Shown here in pieces: positions 1-6,629 of a stretch of 64,000 nt of DNA. The notes beneath the pieces were generated by a model. The model saw only the letters and a list, made by a program, of their open reading frames with translations. It was not told the origin of the DNA and ran no database searches. The position numbers were made by a program, and so were the translations under genes. The stretch is taken from the IMG/VR virus record IMGVR_UViG_3300009618_000004; one strand, 5' to 3'. This DNA is from an uncultured virus (IMG/VR IMGVR_UViG_3300009618_000004). Taxonomy: Duplodnaviria; Heunggongvirae; Uroviricota; Caudoviricetes. Each line of letters begins with the position of its first letter. Position 1 is the first letter of the stretch.

Positions 1-295
1 CCTCCGCGCTCGTCAGGCCGCTCAGGTTCAGCCCGCCGCCGATGGTCGTGGGCAGCACCAGCCCCTCCGCGCTCGTCAGGCCGCTCAGGTCCAGCCAGCC
101 GGGGATGCTCGTGGGCAGCACCAGCCCCTTCGCGCTCGTCAGGCCGCGCAGGTCCAGCCAGCCGGGGATGGTCGTGGGCAGCACCAGCCCCTTCGCGCTC
201 GTCAGGCCGCTCAGGTTCAGCCAGCCGCCGATGGTCGTGGGCAGCACCAGCCCCTCCGCGCTCGTCAGGCCGCTCAGGTTCAGCCAGCCGGGGAT
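1..295. repeat. 63-bp coding tandem repeat, about 4.7 copies visible
   Basis: Unit starts CC(T)(C/T)CGCGCT at 1, 64, 127, 190 and 253. Confidence 0.95.
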
Positions 296-610
296 AACCC
301 CATTTCGCGTCTCGACATACTCTTTCAGGAAGTCGAGCAGGGCCACACGCGGACCAAGGATAACCTTGTCTGCCTTGGACTTGTTACCTTCCGGGTCTTT
401 GTAAGTTCGGGCATCGTCAGGAATCGTAACCTCGCGCACCCACGCACCTATGCCCAGGAACTCGCAGATGTGATCCTCGTCGGCATAGTAGATGCCGCCG
501 GACTGGCAACCGCCGCTCGGATTCCAGGCAACAGGGTCTATGTTCAAGCCATCTTTGTACTGCAAGCCGTTGTGCTTCTCGGCTGCGTTGGTCACTTTGA
601 AATAGCGCAT
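1..610 (-). CDS. Repeat protein (partial, runs off left edge): conserved N-terminal domain plus 21-aa LRR-like repeats
   Basis: Manual translation from ATG 610: MRYFKVTNAAEKHNGLQYKDGLNIDPVAWNPSGGCQSGGIYY...WVREVTIPDDA...KADKVIL, then (GLTSAEGLVLPTTIGGWLNLS)n. It is missing from the ORF track because its stop lies outside the window. Confidence 0.85.
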   Translation of the reverse strand, partial: MRYFKVTNAAEKHNGLQYKDGLNIDPVAWNPSGGCQSGGIYYADEDHICEFLGIGAWVREVTIPDDARTYKDPEGNKSKADKVILGPRVALLDFLKEYVETRNGVIPGWLNLSGLTSAEGLVLPTTIGGWLNLSGLTSAKGLVLPTTIPGWLDLRGLTSAKGLVLPTSIPGWLDLSGLTSAEGLVLPTTIGGGLNLSGLTSAE

Positions 611-709
611 TGGGTTCTTTTCTTACCTCTTTACCTTGTGTTCGTTCGATAGACAAGGGAGCTTGATTTTTCGGTCAAACTCCCACTTCCAGGAAAGATC
701 GGGGAAGAG

Positions 710-1333
710 TTACTTGGATTGCTTGCCGCGCCGGTAGGCTTCAATCTTCTCCGCGTTAGTCAACCGTACAACCGCTTCGGGCGTTGATGGGAGTTTGGTA
801 TGAATCAAGTCTTTGATCTCCTCCGGCACATCCGGCTCAGGCTGCTCCCCACACTCATGTTTGGCCCAGTGTTCTGGCGTTCTGAGATGCTTCATTAGAA
901 CCGGCCCGTTCCAGTCGTACAGCCGAATCTCGCCCGGCGGAACTCGGTTGTCGATCTCGAAGCGGCCAAAGGCGGTGTCAAAGAATTGCACTGTCGGCTC
1001 CGGGGCGAGGTACATCCGGCGAACCCACTCAACCAACATATTTCTCGCTTGTTCTTTACTAATGCGGGACGGGTAACGCACAAGCGATCTTCCATTTGCT
1101 CCGATCATGTTAATCAGTTCGTCGCACTGCTCATCTGTCGGCACGATCGGGTTCTCCGACTGCCAGCGCAGAGCCGCTTCGAGGGCGATAGACTCTTGTG
1201 CGGTAATCGACGCTTCTGCGGACACACCCATCCAGCTATTGCGATAGCCGTCGTTGGCGTGTTCCCATATCGCCATCCGTGCGTCTACCGCCGCCTTCAA
1301 CATCCCATCCGGCACTACAATCCGCTCGCTCAT
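710..1333 (-). CDS. Hypothetical phage protein
   Basis: 207-aa ORF with start overlapping the upstream stop (ATGA). Confidence 0.75.
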   Translation of the reverse strand: MSERIVVPDGMLKAAVDARMAIWEHANDGYRNSWMGVSAEASITAQESIALEAALRWQSENPIVPTDEQCDELINMIGANGRSLVRYPSRISKEQARNMLVEWVRRMYLAPEPTVQFFDTAFGRFEIDNRVPPGEIRLYDWNGPVLMKHLRTPEHWAKHECGEQPEPDVPEEIKDLIHTKLPSTPEAVVRLTNAEKIEAYRRGKQSK

Positions 1334-1674
1334 CTGTTTCTCCAGTCATAAATTTTGTTGCGCACCCAATTTGACGGCCACTCCCAAAACAGAATAACCG
1401 GCCAATACCACCAGACTGCATCGCAACCAAAAAGAGTGATCCATCCGCGTTTGTCGCTCATGCCTGCCTCCATCACTTCCATAGCTTCCATCGCCGCTGC
1501 CTCGGCTGCCGCTGCCTCGGCTGCCGCTGCCTCGGCTGCCGCTGCCTCGGCTGCCGCTGCCTCGGCTGCCGCTGCCGCCCGCAGCTCCGCCCACCAGCCG
1601 CTCAGCGCTTGCTCTTGCTCTCGCTCTGGCGCTCTCCGAAGCATCTTCGCGCCGCTGCCGATTCCTTTGCTCAT
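1330..1674 (-). CDS. Hypothetical protein with (AAAAE)n repeat; possibly also a separate 43-aa ORF from ATG 1461
   Basis: ATGA-coupled on both sides. An internal GGAGG-like RBS precedes MSDKRG. Confidence 0.55.
   Translation of the reverse strand: MSKGIGSGAKMLRRAPEREQEQALSGWWAELRAAAAAEAAAAEAAAAEAAAAEAAAAEAAAMEAMEVMEAGMSDKRGWITLFGCDAVWWYWPVILFWEWPSNWVRNKIYDWRNR
1493..1576. repeat. 15-bp perfect tandem repeat GCCGCTGCCTCGGCT x5.6
   Basis: Read directly from the sequence. Confidence 0.95.
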
Positions 1675-1859
1675 GCCTCGACCTCCCTGCGCTCACTCTT
1701 CTTTACTGGACACTTGACTCGCTTGGCGTACTCATATTCGAGTCCGCAATTCCAGCAGTTATGTGAGTGAACGTTTCCCATAACTGGCTTACCGCCCGCC
1801 CGCCTTCCTATTCTCTTGCGAACGGTAAAAACATGACTATCTAAATTCTTCTTGCTCAT
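1671..1859 (-). CDS. Small hypothetical protein with HxCxxC...C (possible Zn ribbon)
   Basis: 62-aa ORF, ATGA coupling. Confidence 0.65.
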   Translation of the reverse strand: MSKKNLDSHVFTVRKRIGRRAGGKPVMGNVHSHNCWNCGLEYEYAKRVKCPVKKSERREVEA

Positions 1860-2071
1860 GCCATTGCCCTCCGTGCATTGATGATATCCCTGGCTTCATC
1901 GAACAGGCGAGACGGCTGTAAATCAACTGGGGAGGTTGAAAACGATACCAATCCGGCACGCTTCAGAGCATTTGCCACAATAACTTTTGTCGAGTCCAGC
2001 AACTCAGGGTGATCAACAATATACATGACCTTCTGAGTCCTCGTACTGCGATGCCTTCTGGATGTCTCCAT
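1856..2071 (-). CDS. Hypothetical protein
   Basis: 71-aa ORF starting directly after the integrase stop (TAAATG). Confidence 0.7.
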   Translation of the reverse strand: METSRRHRSTRTQKVMYIVDHPELLDSTKVIVANALKRAGLVSFSTSPVDLQPSRLFDEARDIINARRAMA

Positions 2072-3220
2072 TTAAGCCGTCGCCCTCCGTGGCAGCATCT
2101 CCACAATCTTAGCGTTCTCGGGGCGCAAATGCTCTGCGCTGTCCCGGCCGCCGTAGGTGTTGATTGTCGTTGCGATCTTGGCGTGACGCATCAGGCCGCG
2201 CTGCGTCTCCATGTCGATGCCGAGAGTGCGCATCATGGCGCGGTGCGTGTGGCGGAAACTATGGAAGCCAAGCCCAGGCAAACCGATGCGCTCGCCAGCA
2301 GGTTGCAGGTACTCGCTTCGCAACCAGTCCCGATCCAGCGGCCTCCCCGTGCGCTCCGAGCAGAACACCCAGCGGCTCTTCAGCGCCTCATGCGCCTTCC
2401 AGCCGCGCAGGATCTCGATCAGGTTCTCGTGCAAAGGCAACGTGGCCGCCGAGGTCTTGCTCTTCGTGTCGTTGGCCTTGCCGTGAACCACGCTGCGCTG
2501 AATGTGGATGGTCTTGGCCTCGAAGTCGCAATCTTCCCACTTCAGGCCGAGAATTTCGCTGACCCTGAGACCGAGGCCGGCGGCGAGCTGCACCATCACC
2601 TTGACCGTCTCCGGCAACTGCGGGTCGTCCAGCAGCGCCTGGTACTGCGGCAGCGTGAGGATGACGAGTTCCTTAGCGCGCGTCGAGGAACCTTTCAGCC
2701 GAATCAAGTCCATGGGATTGCGCTCGACCTGGGCGTGGCCCCAGAGCATCGCCTTCTCGATGAGCAGGTGGAGCAGGTTCCGGACCTGGCCGCGGTAGAG
2801 AGATGACACCGGCACGGCCGGGCCGCGCTTCGGATGGCGCCCGATCACCGGCAGGTCTTTCAGCCAAGCCTCGACAGCCAGCACTTCGCGGCAGAACTGG
2901 TCTATGCGTAGACTGCCCCACTGCGCCTCGATCCGCTTGAAGATGCTGCGGTAGGATGCGGCGGTCGTCTCGCGCTCCGGTGGGGATTCTTTCCAGAATT
3001 TCTCGATGAGGTCGGCCATGGTGATGCACTCGACGTTGGAGTTGGCCAGCCTGCGAAAACGCTCGGCGGCCTTCTCGGCCTGGGCGCGCAACGGGAACTG
3101 CTTGACGGTGCCAACCCACTCACTACGCTGGACGCCGTTCTCACGCCACCTAAATCTCCAAGCCGCGCCGCACTTGCGCTCGACTCTGACAATCGATCCT
3201 TGCTGGAAACTGGTACGCAT
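2072..3220 (-). CDS. int: Tyrosine recombinase / phage integrase
   Basis: Catalytic motifs GLRVSE, K(SKTS), HSFRH and MRHAKIATTINTY. RBS AAGGAAAGGA precedes ATG 3220. Confidence 0.97.
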   Translation of the reverse strand: MRTSFQQGSIVRVERKCGAAWRFRWRENGVQRSEWVGTVKQFPLRAQAEKAAERFRRLANSNVECITMADLIEKFWKESPPERETTAASYRSIFKRIEAQWGSLRIDQFCREVLAVEAWLKDLPVIGRHPKRGPAVPVSSLYRGQVRNLLHLLIEKAMLWGHAQVERNPMDLIRLKGSSTRAKELVILTLPQYQALLDDPQLPETVKVMVQLAAGLGLRVSEILGLKWEDCDFEAKTIHIQRSVVHGKANDTKSKTSAATLPLHENLIEILRGWKAHEALKSRWVFCSERTGRPLDRDWLRSEYLQPAGERIGLPGLGFHSFRHTHRAMMRTLGIDMETQRGLMRHAKIATTINTYGGRDSAEHLRPENAKIVEMLPRRATA

Positions 3221-3244
3221 TTGGTTCCTTTCCTTACGGTTCCC

Positions 3245-3274
3245 ATTATAAACACAAGGCGGAAGCAATTGCAA
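3245..3274 (-). promoter_or_regulatory. Putative sigma70 promoter for the integrase
   Basis: TTGCAA-18 bp-TATAAT on the minus strand. Confidence 0.65.
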
Positions 3275-3364
3275 GCTTGAAATTCAAGCAGCGGACAACA
3301 CGTGTCGGATACCGTGCCGCCCGCTGCTGTTCCGGATAATCTGGGGTGAGATCCGGAAACCAGG

Positions 3365-3679
3365 CTACTCCAGGACGATAAATTGGAGGAAATTGTCCTC
3401 GACGCAGGCCTTGATGTGGTCGGCCACACTGCGCCGGCCCTTCTTGGCCGCGGATTCGAGCGCCTTGTGCTGCTCTTCGTTCAACTGAAGCAGGATGCCC
3501 TTCGTGCCGGGCTCGCGGTTGGAACTGCGCGGCTTTCTGGCACCGGCCGGTTCTGCTGGAGGTGGTGCTGCGGGTTGATTCGCCTGTGGAAGATTCGCCA
3601 AACGCTCATTGGCTCTGGCGATCGCCTCGTCGCTGAGTTTTTCCGTGTCAAACGATGTTGCTGATCCGTGTCCTGCCAT
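3365..3679 (-). CDS. Ribbon-helix-helix DNA-binding protein
   Basis: C-terminal KGILLQLNEEQHKALESAAKKGRRSVADHIKACVE pattern. RBS GAGGAG precedes ATG 3679. Confidence 0.75.
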   Translation of the reverse strand: MAGHGSATSFDTEKLSDEAIARANERLANLPQANQPAAPPPAEPAGARKPRSSNREPGTKGILLQLNEEQHKALESAAKKGRRSVADHIKACVEDNFLQFIVLE

Positions 3680-3724
3680 TGTTTCTTTCTCCTCGTCTTT
3701 GGATTTGTGGTGCTGTGAAAGTTT

Positions 3725-3845
3725 TGCGCGGTCCATCCTTGATCCGAACGCGCCTCAGCGAGTTCAACTCCACGATGGCTATGTGTACATGACAGGTTGC
3801 CCTGCCGCGCATTCCCTGCCGCATTACCCGAAGGTTGGGCAGAGA
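3725..3845 (-). ncRNA. Candidate structured intergenic RNA, element A
   Basis: Nested helices GCGCGG/CCGCGC, CCATC/GATGG, CAGG-GCAA-CCTG and ACC-TTCG-GGT, with stable tetraloops on the minus strand. Confidence 0.45.
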
Positions 3846-3847
3846 AG

Positions 3848-4171
3848 TTAAACCTGATCGACGGTGACCGATCCGTCCCGATTGATCGTAACCGGCGTGT
3901 CGTCCTTGGAATTGAGTATCTTGTCCAGTTCGGCAATCGTCGGGCGCGCCATCGCGCCGACATAACAGGCAATCGCAAGATTGGCCTGCATAACCGAGTT
4001 GCGGATCGTGCGCATTGCCGCCGTCTTGTCGGCCCCGTCAGGCGTGTGCTTATTGACCGTCTCGGCGTAAATCTTCGCCGCCTCTCGAATAGCGTTGTAA
4101 TGCTCCACTTGCTCAGGTGTGGGAGCGTGATACACAAACCAGTTGTCAATGTCGTGCTGGCCTATCGCCAT
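3848..4171 (-). CDS. Acb2/Tad1-like helical hairpin protein (putative cyclic-nucleotide signal sponge)
   Basis: IDNWFVYHAPTPEQVEHYNAIREAAK...DKTAAMRTIRNSVMQANLAIA matches the recalled family pattern NxFxYHxP...Y..IR..AK..A...AxxxLEEAVMWANAAIA. Confidence 0.7.
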   Translation of the reverse strand: MAIGQHDIDNWFVYHAPTPEQVEHYNAIREAAKIYAETVNKHTPDGADKTAAMRTIRNSVMQANLAIACYVGAMARPTIAELDKILNSKDDTPVTINRDGSVTVDQV

Positions 4172-4173
4172 AG

Positions 4174-4410
4174 TTACACCCCTTTCAATCGTTTCACTGC
4201 GTCCACAACCTGTCCAACCGTCATCGCCGCAGTAATAGCGTTGTCGGAAATCTCGATGTCAAACTCCTCTTCGAGATCCTGCGCGAACTGGACCAATTCT
4301 ATCGAGTCCAGGCCGAGATCGTTCACAAGAGTATTGTCATCCGTGACGCTTGTAATGTCAATACCGAAGTCGAAGAGAATCGTGCGTACTTGCGTTGCGA
4401 TTGTGTCCAT
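4174..4410 (-). CDS. acpP: Acyl carrier protein
   Basis: 78-aa acidic protein with DLGLDSIELV (phosphopantetheine Ser motif), LEEEFDIEISD and TVGQVVD. Confidence 0.92.
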   Translation of the reverse strand: MDTIATQVRTILFDFGIDITSVTDDNTLVNDLGLDSIELVQFAQDLEEEFDIEISDNAITAAMTVGQVVDAVKRLKGV

Positions 4411-4412
4411 GG

Positions 4413-5879
4413 TTAGCTCCTCGCTAGGTTGTCGAAACGAGTTAGTTGACCTACAAACGCCAGTTTCACGACGCCGGTAGGACCATTCCTGGCTTTGGCG
4501 ATAATCAATTCAGCCAGTCCAGCAAGATCGGGATTGTCGGGATCGTAGTAGCCGGGACGGTGAATAAACGTTACAAGGTCGGAATCTTGTTCTATTTGTC
4601 CTGATTCGCGTAGATCGGATAAGATAGGCCGTTTGTCGTTGCGCTGCTCTGGTTGGCGATTCAGTTGAGCGAGAGCAAGTACCGGAACTTCCAACTCCTT
4701 CGCGCACGCCTTCAGAGAGCGAGAGATGTGGGCAATCTCCTCCTGTCTGCTCCCGGTCTTTACTCCGGCAGACATAAGCTGCAGGTAGTCGACGATTACA
4801 AGGTCTAATCCACCTTGCCGCTGCTTTAGCCGGCGCGCCTTCGCTCTCAACTGAACCGGCGTCAAATTGGCCGAATCGTCAATGAAGATGTTGGCTTCAA
4901 CTAATTCTCCCAGGGCTATCTCCAGCTTATTCCGTTCATCCCGGTTGAGGTAGATGCCCTCCATCGCCTTGCGCACATTAACCCAAGCTCTCGACGCCAT
5001 CATCCGACGTTCTAGGGAAGAGCGGGACATCTCCAAACTGAAGACAGCCACAATTTTCTTTGTGCCGATCGCGACATTCTGGGCAATGTTGATGGCCAGG
5101 GCCGTTTTTCCCATCGAAGGGCGTGCGGCAACGATCGCCAACTCCGACTTCTGCAGCCCGCCGGTCATAGCATCGTAGTCCAGGAACCCCGTTGGCAGTC
5201 CCGGCTTCATCTCAGGATCTGTGTACGCCTTCAAGTAGGGCTCAGCGCCGCCCGCTTCCTTGACCGATTCGTAAATCGTTCGCAGCGCGCCGGCTTGGGC
5301 ATCCTGCGCGATCTCAAGCAACTGCGACTCGGCCGCTTCGAGTATCTCCAGCGCAGTCTCGCTCTGATCGGCGGCGCGCGCGATGCCCGCGGAGAAGATC
5401 AGCATCATCTTGCGCAGGCGGCTCTTATCGAGGACCAGCCGGATATACTCGCCGATCACCGGGCGCCGGGGAAGTCCTTCTGTGAGACTAGCCAAGTACG
5501 CCACGCCGCCGATGGTGTCGCGCTCCTTGTAGCGGTCCAGCTCGGCGGCCAGCGTCACGATGTCAACCGCCTGGTTGGCGTCCACCAGTTCCGCCATGCG
5601 CAGGAAGATGCGGCGATGGCTGTCGAGGCTGAAGTCGTCCGCTGTCAACTGCTCGGCGGCCTCGGAAAATGCCTGAGCATCAAGCAAAATCGCGCCCAGG
5701 ATGGTCTTTTCGGCGTCTATGTTGGCGGGCAGACCGGCGTCCAAGGTAAGATCGGGTATTGCGCGACCGCGGATCGCCTTCCGCTCATAAGAAGGCGGGG
5801 CCGCAGTAACGGGCACATCTTCGCTCGGCGGCGGCTCCGGCACCTTGTCGTCGAGGAAATAGTCGCGGGGATCGGTCAA
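4413..5879 (-). CDS. dnaB: Replicative DNA helicase DnaB
   Basis: AARPSMGKT, FSLEM, VDYLQLM, LAQLNR, LSDLRESGQIEQD and KARNGPTG motifs. Probable TTG start at 5879 with RBS AGGA; the longer ORF to 6050 overlaps the KTSC gene. Confidence 0.97.
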   Translation of the reverse strand: MTDPRDYFLDDKVPEPPPSEDVPVTAAPPSYERKAIRGRAIPDLTLDAGLPANIDAEKTILGAILLDAQAFSEAAEQLTADDFSLDSHRRIFLRMAELVDANQAVDIVTLAAELDRYKERDTIGGVAYLASLTEGLPRRPVIGEYIRLVLDKSRLRKMMLIFSAGIARAADQSETALEILEAAESQLLEIAQDAQAGALRTIYESVKEAGGAEPYLKAYTDPEMKPGLPTGFLDYDAMTGGLQKSELAIVAARPSMGKTALAINIAQNVAIGTKKIVAVFSLEMSRSSLERRMMASRAWVNVRKAMEGIYLNRDERNKLEIALGELVEANIFIDDSANLTPVQLRAKARRLKQRQGGLDLVIVDYLQLMSAGVKTGSRQEEIAHISRSLKACAKELEVPVLALAQLNRQPEQRNDKRPILSDLRESGQIEQDSDLVTFIHRPGYYDPDNPDLAGLAELIIAKARNGPTGVVKLAFVGQLTRFDNLARS

Positions 5880-5883
5880 GGTC

Positions 5884-6111
5884 CTATCCGATCTTGTTGT
5901 ACGCCTTGCCAGCCTTCTTGAAGTAAGTGTCGTAGTGGCTGCCGGGGCTGTCGGCTCGCTCCCATGCAAGAGCTTCGTCCTGCGATGTGCCTGGGTGAAC
6001 CCCGGAGTGTCCCGATTTGAAGACAACACGCAAATCGAGAGTCTCGTCATCCCAAAATGCCGATTGGATATTGGAGCTGGTTTTTTTGAACTGCAATTGA
6101 CGCTCTGCCAT
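5884..6111 (-). CDS. KTSC domain protein
   Basis: SSNIQSAFWD...LRVVFKSG...A.SPGSHY...FK matches the KTSC pattern SS.I...GYD....L.V.F..G...A.S.G.Y. Confidence 0.8.
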   Translation of the reverse strand: MAERQLQFKKTSSNIQSAFWDDETLDLRVVFKSGHSGVHPGTSQDEALAWERADSPGSHYDTYFKKAGKAYNKIG

Positions 6112-6330
6112 TTACGCCACCGCCTTTTTGGTTACAAGAACTCTGACGGCGACTGGCCGCCCTTTCGGCCCATCCTCAACTTCGTACTCAACCTGGTCGC
6201 CCCTGTGAAGTGTCCTGCGGCCTTCCATCAGGATTTCGGTTTGGTAAACGAAGTTGTCGGGACCACCTGCTGTGGGGCGAATAAATCCCCATCCCTTACG
6301 GTCATCAAACGATACTACTGTTCCTGTCAT
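6112..6330 (-). CDS. Cold-shock domain protein (CspA family)
   Basis: GTVVSF...KGWGFI (RNP1), DNFVY (RNP2), GDQVEYEV and GPKGRPVA. Confidence 0.92.
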   Translation of the reverse strand: MTGTVVSFDDRKGWGFIRPTAGGPDNFVYQTEILMEGRRTLHRGDQVEYEVEDGPKGRPVAVRVLVTKKAVA

Positions 6331-6617
6331 GTCGTACTGTTCCTTTCGTGAACAAAGTCGGCGAACCGCAAGAGCATTGCCGCTTCTTTGTCTAGTTTTG
6401 CTGCAATCCGCTCTTCGATCTTATAGCTCTTTTCTTCTTCATCCCTGCTCTGCATCTTGAACTTCCGGCCCATCATTTGCTGTGCCAGCTGATGAGCCGC
6501 TTTACGTTCTGCGTCGGAAGCAGGTGTCCGCGCATAACCCCTGCGAGATTCGGCGTACTTTGTTTTCTCTCGCGCTTGTTCGCGGAGCCATTGCTCCAAT
6601 TCGGTTGCCGTATCCAT
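6327..6617 (-). CDS. Hypothetical helical protein
   Basis: 96-aa ORF with RBS GGAAAGG, ATGA-coupled to the csp gene. Confidence 0.75.
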   Translation of the reverse strand: MDTATELEQWLREQAREKTKYAESRRGYARTPASDAERKAAHQLAQQMMGRKFKMQSRDEEEKSYKIEERIAAKLDKEAAMLLRFADFVHERNSTT

Positions 6618-6629
6618 GCAAGCCCTTTC

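Noticed and set aside
1..295. 63-bp repeats as a CRISPR array or DGR template/variable repeats
   Set aside because: The units are contiguous with no spacers and encode protein repeats. Differences are not adenine-restricted, and no reverse transcriptase or cas gene is in the window.
3725..3812. tRNA gene (GTTCGGATC resembles a T-loop)
   Set aside because: There is no T-stem around it, no proper D or anticodon arm spacing, and no CCA end. It is kept only as a candidate structured RNA.
5880..6050. N-terminal extension of DnaB in the ORF track
   Set aside because: It overlaps the KTSC gene in another frame. TTG 5879 has an RBS and fits the operon spacing.
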